A stretch of 64,000 bases of DNA, taken from the NCBI RefSeq assembly GCF_035084215.1, contig NC_090335.1, positions 13,454,001 to 13,518,000 on the forward strand. The letters are read 5' to 3'. The notes beneath the pieces were generated by a model that made no database searches, was not told the DNA's origin, and saw only the letters and a program-made list of their open reading frames with translations. The stretch is from Heptranchias perlo. Taxonomy: Eukaryota. Position 1 is the stretch's first letter; every line of letters starts with the position of its first letter. The translations under genes and the position numbers were made by a program. Positions 1 to 12,775 of the stretch are shown here, piece after piece.

Positions 1-745
1 AAAACAACCCCAGCTTATCCAATCTTTCCTTATAGCTAAAATTCTCTAGTCCTGGCAACATCCTCGTAAATCTCCTCTGTACCCTCTCTAGTGGAATCAC
101 ATCTTTCCTGTAATGTGGTGACCAGAACTGTACGCAGTACTCAAGCTGTGGCCTAACCGGTGTTTTATACAGTTCTAGCATAACCTCCCTGCTCATATAG
201 TCTATGCCTCAGCTAATAAAAGAAAGTATCCCTTATGCCTTCTTAACCACCTTATCTACCTCTCCTGCTCCCTTCAGGGATCTGTGGACAGGCACTCCAA
301 GGCCCCTCACTTCCTCTACACTTCTTAGTGTAGAGTAAAAAAAAATATAAGGAAACCCCCTTACGTGTATCAAAGATCTTAAAATCATTCCATTCTTTAA
401 ATTTATTAATGTCAAATTTCACCCAGAGTTCATTTATTGTGTATTCCCTTGCCTTGTTTGTTCTCCCCAAATGCATTACCTCACACTTCTCCGGATTGAA
501 ATCCATTTGCCACTTTTCTGCCCACCTGACCAGTCCATTGATATCTTCCTGCAGTCCACAGCTTTCCTCCTCACTATCAACCACACGGCCAATTTTTGTA
601 TCATCTGCAAACATCTTAATCATGTCCCCTACATTTAAGTCTAAATCATTGATATATAGCACAAAAAGCAAGGGACCTAGTACTGAGCCCTGCGGAACCC
701 CACTGGAAACAGCCTTTCGATCACAAAAACATAGATCATTTTTTG
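1..745 (-). mobile_element. CR1 LINE ORF2 (reverse transcriptase) fragment, interrupted by a ~100-bp insertion at 331-432
   Basis: ORF 252..758 carries [20 protein letters not shown]...MFADDTKI...KWQMDFNPEKCEVMHLG; 1-330 continues the CR1 ORF2 C-terminal region (RPQLEYCVQFWSPHY on the minus strand). Confidence 0.93.
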
Positions 746-756
746 TCTGATTACAC

Positions 757-820
757 ACCTGTGAAGCACCTTGGGATGTTTTACTACATTAAAGGTACTA
801 TATTAATGTAAGTTGTTGTC
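757..820 (+). mobile_element. 3' tail of an L2 LINE or L2-tailed SINE
   Basis: gtgaagcaccttgggatgttttactacattaaaggtactatattaatgtaagttgttg matches the tail of the L2 copy at 15640-16405 and the tail at 3903-4065. Confidence 0.65.
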
Positions 821-1321
821 ATTGTGTGGGTGGGGAGGGGGGAATAGTTACTGCTACAATTCACTTCTTCTATTGTTGTTTCACAAATTTGGCAGTTAAA
901 GCTTCAGACAAAGGCTAGAAGTTGTGTAATTCTGCCACTTTCTGAAGGCAAGGAGGACTAGGTAGGGGCACCTGATCAGACCACAGACTGAAATAAACTG
1001 AAGAGGGTTCTGTGTTTATTCCCTGGACATGCAGCCAATTTTACCTCAATATCTGAACAAGTGAGACATAGGGAACTGGGGCTCAGACACGCAAATCACC
1101 CAAAACACAGTAGCCAAAAAAATCTAGAGTAAAAAAAAAGTAACAAAACCCCCTTACGTGTATCAAAGATCTTAAAATCATTCCATTCTTTAAATTGATT
1201 AATGTCAAATTTCACCCAGAGTTCAATACTCACTTTTTGATAACTTCCTCCCTGCCTGCATAATTCTGCACAAGTTGTTCACAACTGGCCTTTAACAAAG
1301 TCCTTACAAGCAAAATGTTAG

Positions 1322-1430
1322 GAACATAGAAACATTAGGAACAAGAGTAGGCCATTCAGCCCCTCGGGTCTGCTCCGCCATTCAATCATATCATGGCTGA
1401 TCTACACCTCAACTCCATTTCCCCTCCATG
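1322..1430 (-). mobile_element. CR1 3' UTR/tail fragment
   Basis: Reverse complement of the CR1 3' end (atcagccatgat...aatggcggagcag...gaggggctgaatggcctact) with a gaacata-type terminal repeat. Confidence 0.8.
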
Positions 1431-1432
1431 TC

Positions 1433-2008
1433 CTGGAATACTGCATACAGTTTTGGTGTCCATACTTAAGAAAAGACATACTTGCTCTTGAGGCAGTACA
1501 AAGAAGGTTCACTCGGTTAATCCCGGGGATGAGGGGGCGGACATATGAGGAGAGGTTGAGTAGATTGGGACTCTACTCATTGGAGTTCAGAAGAATGAGA
1601 GGCGATCTTATTGAAACATATAAGATTGTGAAGGGGCTTGATCGGGTGGATGCGGTAAGGATGTTCCCAAGGATGGGTGAAACTAGAACTAGGGGGCATA
1701 ATCTTAGAATAAGGGGCTGCTCTTTCAAAACTGAGATGAGGAGAAACTTCTTCACTCAGAGGGTGGTAGGTCTGTGGAATTTGTTGCCCCAGGAAGCTGT
1801 GGAAGCTACATCATTAAATAAATTTAAAACGGAAATCGACAGTTTCCTAGAAGTAAAGGGAATTAGGGGTTACGGGGAGAGGTCAGGAAATTGGACATGA
1901 ATTTAAATTTGAGGTTAGGATCAGATCAGCCATGATCTTATTGAATGGCAGAGCAGGCTCGAGGGGCCGATTGGCCTACTCCTGCTCCTATTTCTTATGT
2001 TCTTATGT
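1433..2008 (+). mobile_element. 5'-truncated CR1 LINE (ORF2 C-terminus plus 3' UTR)
   Basis: ORF 1529..1900 YEERLSRLGLYSLEFRRMRGDLIETYKI...TRGHNLRI...FFTQRVVGLWNLLP; ends in a (ttcttatg)2 tail. Confidence 0.95.
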
Positions 2009-3902
2009 TGCTTTGTTAAAGCATGCTCGCCAACTTTTTCCTATCCGATATTCAATACGAGCTATCTCAGAGCATTTCTAAACACGAGCAAATAGTCCTT
2101 CAGCATGTTCTACTCATAATGCACAAATCTTTATGCATGTCTAGTTTTGCATTAGCGTTAGGAATCTATGGAAAATATGGTCCCCGGTGCACTCCTGACA
2201 CCGCTCAGGGTGCTTCAGTGCACATGAATCTCATTTGCCTGGCTGGGACATATATGAACACACAGGTTTCCGGTGATGATTTCAGAAATGGATATCAATT
2301 CAGTCTCCTATAACTATTTGTTTGCAGACAACTGTAGAGAGGAAAATTTAGCCCCTAGTGTTTTTATGATGAATCTGAAATTACATTCAACACAAACGCT
2401 CCCTAGTTCAATCTCACCCATATCGTTAGTCTTTCTTGCATTCCACCTGACAAGCACAATTAAATGAACCATAAACAAAATAACAATTACATTTTTTAAC
2501 TTACAACCTTATTTTCTTATTTTCTTGATCACCCACGTCAAATCTCTCTCTCACACACACACACACATATATCTATAATATATTAAAAATCTAACATCTG
2601 TGCGCATTTCTTATGAGCTTTAGTCATTATCAATTCCTACTGCCCCATTTATAATGGAAACTTGTCACGCTGAAACTACATTCTCTGGCACTGTAGTTCA
2701 GTTAAAGAATCTCTCTCTTTTGAGGTTTAAGGAATTTTTTTTACACAAAAGCTTGGAAGTTGCATGGATGATAAACCTTTGAGTGTTTTTGTTTGTTTAT
2801 GAAAATTGATGTTTATTATAGATTGTCTAATTCAGCAAACTCATAAATGGTGGAGTAAAGAGTAAATTTTCCAATTCTGTACTGCTCGCACATGTCAGGA
2901 GAACACACCAGGAAACTGTACACCCCCAGCCTGTGATTTTCCATCTACTAACTTTAATTGTGTTAAGGAATATAAAGACAGGAACTGGATGATGATGGGG
3001 AAAGTGGTGGTGGGGTTATCTGAGGGCACAAAAAGGGCTATGGATAGGTTGGAGAGGAGGAATATGGTATGGGGTTTGAAAGGGCATTTTGGATCTCATT
3101 CTCCTGGTCCCACCACCCCCACAAGGCTGCTAGAACCTGCTCCCCCCAATACTGTCAGATCCCACCAACCACCAATGCTGCCAGTCTCTGTCCCCCTCTG
3201 CTATGAAACCCTCCTCCCCAATCCTGCTGGATCCAAAATCTCCTCCCCAGACTGCCCACCCCTCCATCCCAGATCCCAGTACCCTCAGTGCTCATAAGTG
3301 CTCGGAGCATATTCCCAGTGCTCCCTGATCACAGAACCACCCGCAATGCTCCAAGACCTGGAGATCTCCCTCTCCAATATTCCCAGAACTACCCCAGTCT
3401 GCCTGGAACCCAAGGGTCCCCTTCCCAATGCTCCCTTGACCTGGGGCCCCTTCAAAATACTTAGACCCTGGGCGCCCTTCCCAGTGTTCCCAGATCCCAG
3501 TGCCACCCCCAATGTTAATAAGTCTTGTCCATACTAATACTACTTGGCATAACACCCCTGTTCCAATAAAACCTCCGACTCATCAGGAGCAATGTCACGG
3601 GCAATCTGCTGGTATATTATTAAAAATCTTGAATGTGGCATGCAACTTCTGTCCACAAACTTACTTTCTGTAACACTCTTTATGTCAACATTTAAAATGA
3701 AATCTGCATATGTGAGCACATACAATGAGCTTCTATATGCAAACATTTATATAAACATTTAATAATGGGAAAACCATATTAAAACATTCCGCCATCACAG
3801 TTTCCAATCAAATACCCAAAATACTTTCTGAAAACATTTTTGTCTGCCTTGTTTTCCACAATAAAATGAAATTTCTAATCCAAAATAAGATTTTTTGTCT
3901 TC

Positions 3903-4065
3903 TTCTTTAAGCCCTTCTTAAAACTTACTCCTTTGACCAACCTTTTTGTCACCCCATTAAATATCTCCTCCTTTGGCTCGGCGATCATTTATTTCTGTTA
4001 TGCCTCTGTGATGCACCTTAGGACATTTTTCTATGTTAAAGGCACTATATAGATTGTTGTTGTTG
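3903..4065 (+). mobile_element. L2 LINE 3' end fragment
   Basis: ctttaagcccttcttaaaacttactcctttgacc...gatgcaccttaggacatttttctatgttaaaggcactatatag followed by (ttg)n; homologous to the L2 at 15640-16405. Confidence 0.75.
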
Positions 4066-4436
4066 ATGTTGGGGCAGAGGGGGATGTTAGGAGAGTGAGG
4101 ATGACATTAGGAGGAAAGAAACTACATATGGATTATGTTGGCCATGCTGATGTTATAAACACAGGTGAGACAAAAAGGACATGGTTAAGATTGATCTTAT
4201 GCTGAGAAGGTGATTTAAATTTTCTGCATAAAATGCTATGCTCATGCAAGACAGAGAAGCAGTTGAACAGTGAAGGGCTCTGTGAGCTGTAAAATTCTAG
4301 TTAGTGTGAAATCTTTTAACCTTTAAAAGTTGCTGAGTGGCATGAAGCTCAGTGATTGCTAGATAACATCATGTCCAGGGTACTGAAACTCCATTGATTT
4401 TTTTAATTAGATGAATTGAATTTTGCACATCCTAAG

Positions 4437-4526
4437 TGGGACTAATTGGATAGCTCTTTCAAAGAGCCGGCACATGCACAATGGGCTGAATGGCCTCCTT
4501 CTGTGCTGTATGATTCAATGATTCTA
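4437..4526 (+). mobile_element. CR1 3' tail fragment
   Basis: ggatagctctttcaaagagccggcac...gggctgaatggcctccttctgtgctgtatgattcaatgattct; same tail family as 32268-32350 (minus strand). Confidence 0.8.
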
Positions 4527-5611
4527 AGTCCAAGCCCAAGCTTTTGGGAGAGGCTGAAGCCTTCAAGTAAAACTTTAAGTAAGGCATTAAAAGACACAAA
4601 GATAATTCAATGGATAAATTTACATTATTGGGAAACATGTATCTCTTTATTTTTTATTTTATTTAAACTCTTATTTTGGATATTAAAAATTTCAGTTAAT
4701 GTGAAAAAAAGGGTGAATCAACAAATTTTCAGAAAGCGTTTTGAGCGATTTATGGGAACTCGGTGACCAAATTGCACAATCTTAGGGTAATATACTCAAA
4801 CTATAAAATTGCAGCTATTGTGCGTCACACAGTGTGACATCTTTAACAATGAGAATACCTATCACAGTGCCACCTAGAGGAGTAACAGGTACTGCAGGTG
4901 CTTACAATGAGTTTTCAATGAAACATGTGCCGCATGCACCATGTTTAATATGTAATCAATTCACCTTGTGCTCGCTTTTAGTAGTACACAGGGAGATGTT
5001 TAAAACTACACAGGAAGACCGTTCAGGAACGGGGAGTTCTGCTTGCGTGACTCTATATAAAACCAGTAAAAGGCACATGACTCACTCTATTTTTGTTCCA
5101 CAATGAAGAACGTGTTAATTGTACATAAATCAATTGATGAATAATTAAGTTCAGGTGCATGAACAATTGGGCACCCTCTGGCTCCCATATATAAGGGAGT
5201 GGGCTTAGGAAGAGATTGTGGGTTTTGGGTGTAATGTCAGCCCTTCACTGTCTGGCTGGCCATTTACAACACAGCATAGACTACTTAGTGTATTCAGGAA
5301 ATAACAGAACTAAAAAAAAGCCAAACATTATCCCACTTCCCTGTGAGAAACAAAATCTAAGATTCAAGATAGATAATGGGCAGTGTTCTGAAGCGGAACT
5401 GAGGAAAATCACATTAATCAATTCATCCACATTATTGTCAGGAAACAGTTTGTGTTTAAGACCACATTTGCTTTGCTCAGCATTAATTCAATCTCCTCTC
5501 GCTTTGCACACAACAGAAGGCAGAGGGAAGCAAAGAGAAAGTGGATTTAGACAAACCACATCAAGAGTTAACATTTTTTTATTGTCCAAGAAAAATGCTG
5601 TACGTACTTAC

Positions 5612-5990
5612 CGTACAGGACAGTGATCAGTGAGATGGGCATGACGAGAATCCCCACCAGCATGTCTGCTATTGCCAGAGACATTAGGAAGTAGTTTGTG
5701 GCATTCTGCAGTTTTTTCTCAAGTGACACCGCCATGATAACAAGAATGTTTCCACCAATCGTTAAGATTATTATGATGATAATAAGCAGAGCTGGCCAGT
5801 TCTTCCCCTTTCTGTCACCGCAGGTTTCGTTTAGTAGGGCTTCAGGGACTAGGGTTAAGTTACAAGAGCCAGATCTGTTTGCCAGTCCTATCAGGGCTCT
5901 GCTGCTGAGTGCACTAAGATTCAGCAGTAAGGATGCAGAGGAGTACGTGGTCAGGTTAAGAGAGTTCCCTACTTCACTTAAAGAACTCAT
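5612..5990 (-). CDS. HTR2C: First visible coding exon (N-terminus, TM1, TM2) of a 5-hydroxytryptamine receptor 2, most similar to 5-HT2C
   Basis: Translation [64 protein letters not shown]; NWPAL/TIGGN/DMLVG resemble HTR2C more than HTR2A (NWSAL/TIAGN/DMLLG) or HTR2B. Exon ends TAC G|GTAAGT (phase-1 donor at 5611), the intron position I recall for HTR2A/2C. N-terminus has several N-x-S/T sequons. The family call is firm; the paralogue call and start codon are less certain. Confidence 0.85.
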
Positions 5991-7032
5991 TCTCTGAACC
6001 TCAGCTTTCGAGACTCATCAGCAAAACCGATCACATTTGAAGTGTGTCACCGTCATAGATAAAAGTAACATGGGTCCTGACACCTATCACCATTAATTTG
6101 GACGTCAAAAGCCGTCATTCTTCTTCCAGTCTCTCTTGTGAAGCATTACAGACTATATCCACTCTGTTCCCTTCACCGTTCCCAGAAAACACCTACTCCA
6201 GACTGAAACTGCAGCAGCAGAACCATCCCAAGTAATTCATCCTTGCGTATATTCATTGCTGTTTCTTTTCAGTAACCCCTTCCAAAGGCAGATTTTTTTT
6301 TAAAGAGGCTGTTCTTATTGCAGTCACGGGAAAAGAATCTTTATCCCACATCGAAACTGCACTTGTAAAGCCAGTCCTTAACCTCAGGCTTGTTATTTAT
6401 TCTTCACTACTAAAGCTGCTGATTTTACACCTTCCAAAGCTAAGATTGTTTCCTTTTTGTTTTAAATGGATAGTTTCCCAGCATCAGGTTTGCAGAGTCG
6501 ATGTACTTGTTTGCCAGTTAGTAGGATCAGTCTGTGGTCTGTGAATTTTCATTCATCCTCCAGTGCATTTGCTCGCTGTCTTTCCTTCAGTTGCTCTCAC
6601 CTCCCTTTGGCAGGGAATCAGCAATGACTGCTCAGTGTGGGTGGGTTGCACCACTAAGTATGGGACTTCCAACAAAGCACTTTCATCATCTTTCCTACCA
6701 GAACTTGTCCGCAGTGTTCCTCCGTCAGATACTGAAAGGATAAATAGAATATGAGCAATGCTTCAATTATCTGTGATGATGTCATTCTGACCATACTCAT
6801 CAACCAAAAAGATTAATTTCCACACAAAGCACTTCATTTCACGTCTAGAAGATAATGTTATCACTCAATCTGTAATTATCATACAAAGTCTACATTGAAT
6901 ACTTTGATTTGCCGTCTCCATTCACATTGGGAAGATAATTGAAGTATGACTGACAGATGTGAACTGTAGGGGTGCTTAATCCAAACTTATCCAAGTTCAG
7001 TCTATCTGCATTCATTTGGAAAATAAAATTGT

Positions 7033-7295
7033 AGTCCATGATCTAGTCAAGTACATACATGCAATCCATGAAGCACTCTTGTAGATACACACAGTCCATG
7101 ATCTACTCATATACATACACAAAGTTCATGATCTACACATGCACACACACAGTCCATGATCTACTCACATACATAAACACACTCCATGATCTACGCATAT
7201 ATATAAACAAAGTTCATAATCTACTCATATACATAGAACTGTCCATGATCTATTCATGTAAATACACACATTCCATGATCTACTCATACACATAT
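7033..7295. repeat. Degenerate ~30-bp minisatellite (~9 units)
   Basis: Recurring unit agtccatgatctactcatatacatacacac. Confidence 0.85.
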
Positions 7296-7296
7296 C

Positions 7297-7790
7297 TAGG
7301 AACAGGAGGCGGCCATTCAGCCCCACGAGCCTGTTCTGTCATTCCAATAGATGATGGGTCTTCTGTACCTCAACTCCATTTGTTCCATATCCCTTGAAAG
7401 CCTTACCTAATGAAAAATTTCAGTCTTGAAAATTTAAATTGATCCAGCATCCACAGCCTTTTGGGGGAAGAGAATTCCTGACTTCCACTACCCTTTGTGC
7501 AAAAAAAACAGATTTCAGTCCTAACTGACCGAGCTAAGATTATGACCTCTTGTTCCAAGTTCCCCACCAGAGGAAATAGCTTACCTTTATCTATCCTATC
7601 AAATCCGTTTCTCATTTTAAACACCTCAATTAGATCACCCCATAACCTTCTAAACTCAAGGGAATAAAAACCATGTTTATGAAAGCTGGTCTCATATTTT
7701 AACCCTTTAAGCCCTGGTATCTAGTGAATCTGCGCTGCACCCCTTCCAAGGCCAATATATCTTTCCTGAGGTGCGGTGCCCAAAACTGTA
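7297..7790 (-). mobile_element. Degraded CR1 3' fragment
   Basis: Starts with the reverse-complement tail ggaacaggaggcggccattcagcccc; ORF 7403..7624 FKMRNGFDRIDKGKLFPLVG is CR1 ORF2-like. Confidence 0.88.
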
Positions 7791-8221
7791 TCAGATCCAG
7801 ATCCAGATGTACACACATACAGCTAGGATCCTGGTTAAAATTTAATTTTGGCTAGTGTTAGTAAATCAAGCGCCTAAGTTAGAAATTTTAAACAATAATC
7901 TTTTTTTAAAAACCCGTGGTTGTCAAAGAAAGGCTGTTATTTGCATGTACGGATATGTGTGGGGTGGGATGGTGTGTGGAGGCAGTATGCACCTGCCTTC
8001 TGTTAGCCTGAGTTGGGTGGGCGGTGTTATTGTTATACAATGTTATGATAGTTCAGTGACATGCAGTGTAGAGAAGGTGTCAATGGAGACAGGGGTTGAT
8101 TATATGTGCATTATGCATTGATTTCCATCTATAGCCCAAGGATGATATGTGACATATATTCTGGCATGCTGGGCTGGGGAGTGTCTGTATCTGCTTTCAT
8201 GGTCTCTCCTAATCATTCTAT

Positions 8222-8665
8222 AGGGGCATGGTGGTATAGTGATTTTGTTACTGGACTGATAATCCAGAGGCCTGGACTAATAATCCAGGGAGCATGAATT
8301 CAAATCCCACCATGGTAGTTTGAGAATTTGAAATCAATTTTTTTAAAACTCTGGAAATAAAAAGGTGGTATCTGCAAAAGTGACCACGAAGCTATCAGAT
8401 TGTCATAAAAATCCGATTGGCTCACTAATATCCTTTAGGGAAAGAAATCTGCCGTCCTTACCTGGTCTGGCCAATATGTGACTCCAGTCCCACACCAATC
8501 TAGATGACTTTTAACTGTTCTCTGAAGTGGTCTAGTAAGCCACTCAGTTTTATTAAACTACCCAGTGGTTCAAGAAAAAGGCCCACCACCACCTCCTTAG
8601 GGCAACTAGGGATGGGCAATAAATGCCGGTCTTACATTCCACATCCTTAGAATAATTTTTTTTTA
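8222..8665 (+). mobile_element. tRNA-derived SINE with LINE-derived 3' tail
   Basis: A-box-like tggtatagtg and B-box-like gaattcaaatcc at the 5' end; tail caagaaaaaggcccaccaccacct...gggatgggcaataaatgc; second copy at 13668-14015. Confidence 0.8.
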
Positions 8666-9071
8666 AAGTCCTTGACTATCAAATGCGGCCTTTTGCACTA
8701 ATGCACCATCCCATTTGAAAGTCAGCCTTTGATTCAGAAAACCCTCTGAATCTGAGTCCAAACCCAACTATATCTGAACATTCAACCCCAGTGAACAGTT
8801 AAGAAGAGCTAATGACGAACAGTGCAAACACACGGCTAAGAAAGTAAAAGCAAGAAGACCTTTTTTAAACTCAAGGTGATTCTGAAAGCAAACCTCAATT
8901 TACAATAGCAATTTTATATATCATAGATAAAATGCGATCACAATGATTAGAGACTTGCAGCACAAAACTAGCACTTGTTATTGTTGTCCCACTTCTTGCT
9001 GTGGTAAATCTTGTACCGTTCTCCCTAGCCATGTGATAAAATACTCACTTAAACTAACATAATTATAGATT

Positions 9072-12000
9072 AGAACATAAGAACAAAAGAAATAGGAGCA
9101 GGTGTAGGCCATCCGGCCCCTCGAGCCTGCTCTGCTATTCAACAAGATCATGGCTGATCTTCGACCTCAATGCCATTTTCCTGCACTATCCCCATATCCC
9201 TTGATGCCTTTAATATATAGAAATCTATCGATCTCCGTTTTGAATGTACTCAATGACTGAGCCTCCACAGCCCTCTGGGTACAGAATTCCAAAGATTCAC
9301 CACCATCTGAGTGAAAAGATTTCTCCTCATCTCAATTCTAAATGGCCTACCCCTTATTCTGAGACTGTGACCCCTGGTTCTAGACTCCTCAGCCAGAGGC
9401 AACATCCTTCTTGCATCTACCCTGTTGCGCCCTGTAAGAATTTTGTATGTTTCAATGAGATCACCTCTCATTCTTCTAAACTCTAGAGAATACAGGCATA
9501 GTCTACTCAATCTCTCCTCATACGACAATCCTGCCATCCCAGGAATCAGTCTGGCGAACCTTAGTTGCACTCCCTCTGTGGCAAGTATATCCTTTCTTAG
9601 GTAAGGAGACCAACATTGTACACAATACTCCAGGTGTGGTCTCACCAAGGCCCTATATAATTGCAGTAAGACACCTTTACTCCTGTACTCAAATTCTCTT
9701 GTAATAAAGGCCAACATACCATTTGCTTTCCTAATTGCTTGCTGCACCTGCATGTTAGCATTCAGTGACTCATGTACAAGGACACACAGGTCCCTTTGAA
9801 CAACATTTCCCAATCTCTCACCATTTAAAAAATACTCTGCATTTCTGTTTTTCCTACCAAAGTGGATAACTTCACATTTTTCCACAATATAGTCCATCTG
9901 CCATGTTCTTGCCCACTCTCTTGGCCTGTCTACATCCCCTTGAAGCCTCTTGGCATTCTCCTCACAACTCACATTCCCACCTAGTTTTGTGTCATTAGCA
10001 AACTTGGAAATATCACATTTTGTCCCCTCATCCAAATCATTGATATAGATTGTGAATAGCTGGGGCCCAAGCACTGATCCCTGCAGTACCCCACTAGTCA
10101 CAGTCTGCCAACCAGAAAAAGACCCGTTTATTCCTACTCTCTGTTTTTTGTCTTAACCAATTCTCAATCCATGCCAGTATATTACCTCCAATTCCACGTA
10201 CTGTAACTTTGTTCACCAACCTCCTGTGTGGGACCTTATCGAAAGCTTTCTGAAAATCCAAATACGCCACATCCACTGGTTCCCCCTTATCTATTCTACT
10301 AGTTACATCCTCAAAGAACTCCAATAGGTTTGTCCAACTTGATTTCCCTTTCATAAATCCATGTTGACTCTGCCAAATCCTATTATTATTTTCTAAACGT
10401 CCTGTTATCACATCCTTTATAATAGATTCTAGCATTTTCCCTACTACTGATGTCAGGCTAACAGGTCTGTAGTTCCCTGTTTTCTCTCTCCCTCCTTTGT
10501 TGAATAGTGGGGTTACATTTGCTACTCTCCAATCTGCAGGAACCATTCCAGAATTTTGGAAGATGACAACTAGTGCATCCACTATCTCTATAGCCACCTC
10601 TTTCAAAACCCTGGGATGTCGATCATCAGGTACTTGGGATATATTGACTTTCAGTCCCATTTATTTCTCTAGTATTATTTTTTTATTAAAACTAATTTCT
10701 TTCAGTTCCTCATTCTCGCCAGACCCTTGGTTCTCTAGTATTTCTGGGAGGTTTTTTGTGTCATCTTCCGTGAAGACAGACACAAAGGGCCCAATATTAG
10801 GAGGGAGGCGGGTTGGCAGCTGGGGGGTCGACTGGGCGCGTGGGTAATGCGCCCTATGAAATCGGTGGGTTTGGCACGCGATCGTAAGTAAATTGAAGCC
10901 ACTTACCTTGGCTTCCGGGTTTCACGCTGGAAAGCTGCGCAGCAGGCGGACTGTGCACCTGCATCATAGGCTGTCAGCTGGAGGAGCCCTATTTAAAGGG
11001 GCAGTCCTCCACTGACTGACGCTGCAGAAAATAGGCAAAATTACAGCATGGAGCAGCCCAGGGGGAAGGCTGCTCCCAGGTTTAGTGATGCCCCTCACTC
11101 CAGGTCTTACTGAATGGGGTGAGGAGGAGGAGGAAGAGGAGGAGAAGGGAGATCTTCCACCCGGCGGATGGGAGGAAGTGGCCTGCCTCTGCCACCACGA
11201 AGGCCTGACTCGAGGTGGCAGAGGAGGTCATCAGCGCCACCCTCTCATATTCACCCTCTCATGCATCTCTTTCACGGTCAGCCTCACCCAACCTGCCACT
11301 ACCTGTGCTGCAGCCACAGGGCATGCAGCACGTATGTGCAGTAGGAAGCGTAAGGCAAATGTGTCGTGAGCATGAAGGGGATGCACAAGGGTGTTTGAGA
11401 GTTTTTCATGGTTTTTACTTACATTTGATTTCTGATCAACTCACATTACATATTATATTGTCACCACTACTGCCACGTCTTGGCCATTCTTGACTGACTT
11501 GTGCAATAATACCCTTTCATGAGGTTCTCCATGAACACCCTTGATGCCACCCATTGGGTCACCCTACAGTGGGTGTATGTGTAGTTGCATGACTACTTTG
11601 TGCAGGTGCCTGTTGCCCAGCATTGTGTTGTGTAGCTCCACGTGGTGGAAGTGGACGGCGTGCCTGGCGAGGCTGGTGATATTGCTCGTCCTCCAATGGA
11701 GTGATGATTGCAGCTATGGACCCCCCCCCCCCCGATCCTGACGGTGTGAGTGTGAGGGGGTCCGCAAAGTAGGTAAGTGTGTTTGGACAGCAGAGTTTAG
11801 GGTATGATGTAATAATTTTGAGTATGGAGACAATGGTGTGGCAGGAAAAACTTTGTCTGAGGTGACAGAGTACCCTGCTGCAATGAATGAGGTATTCCCC
11901 CCAACTGTCAAGGAATTCTCTGCATCTCCCAATGACTGCTGACTGGAACACGTCTGCAACAACAGGAAGTGTTTCCCACAGCATGGGAAACATGTTGAGG

Positions 12001-12775
12001 AGAGTCCAAAATCACATCCCTGCTATAATCTCTTCCCAATAAGGTCCGTCAACGACCTCAAGTACCTCCCTAACTATCTAAACTGTCATCCCGCCGGCTT
12101 TAATTGCTGGTGGGAGTCCCGCATGCGGGGGCTGCACGCGCACCGATTCGCGTCATTGGGAAACCCGGAAGTGGGTGGGTTGGAGCCGGGCTCCAGACCC
12201 GCTCCGGGATTCCCCAATTTTAGGAACCCCCCTGCCACGAACGCACCCGCTCGGCCATCCTAAACTTGACCTCAAAGTATTGTTTAATTCCTCTGCCATT
12301 TCCTTATTCCCCATTATAAATTCTCCCGTCTCTGTCTGTAAGGGACCCACATTTGCCTTCGCCAGTCTTTTCCTTTTTACATACCTATAGAAGCTTTTAC
12401 AGTCCGTTTTTATTTTTCTTGCTAGTTTACTCTTATATTCTGTTTTCCCTTTCTTTATCAATTTCTTGGTCCTCCTTTGCTGAATTCTAAAATGCTCCCA
12501 ATCCTCAGGCTTGCTGCTTTTTCTGGCAACTTTATATGCCTCTTTCTTTGATTTAATACTATCTTTAATTTCTCTTGTTAGCCACCATTGGACCACTTTT
12601 CCTGTTGGGTTTTTGTGCCTTAAAGGAATATATATTTGTTGCAAATTATGTATTAATTCTTTAAATGTCTACCATCATACCTCTTAATGTAGTTCCCCAA
12701 TCAACCACAGCCAACTTGCGCCTCATACCTTTGTAGTTTCCTTTGTTTAGATTTAAGACCCTAGTTTCGGATTAA
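9072..12775 (-). mobile_element. Long CR1 LINE copy (ORF2 frameshifted), split by a Harbinger derivative
   Basis: ORFs 9250..10101, 10094..10660 (NYRPVSLTSVVGK, YLDFQKAFDKVPH) and 12153..12644 are collinear pieces of CR1 ORF2; gaacataagaac tail at ~9072. Confidence 0.95.
10787..12273. mobile_element. Internally deleted non-autonomous Harbinger/PIF transposon
   Basis: 3-bp TSD AAA (10784-86/12274-76); removal restores CR1 gacacaaagtatt; imperfect TIR gggcccaatattagga vs gaggtcaagtttagga. Retains a Myb/SANT start (MEQPRGKAAPRFSDA) on + and a transposase N-terminus on - resembling ORF 61148. Confidence 0.85.

Noticed and set aside
5568-5611. ORF tail [14 protein letters not shown] as the receptor C-terminus
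   Set aside because: Read-through into the intron after the GTAAGT donor at 5611; TM3-TM7 exons were not seen and presumably lie left of the window.
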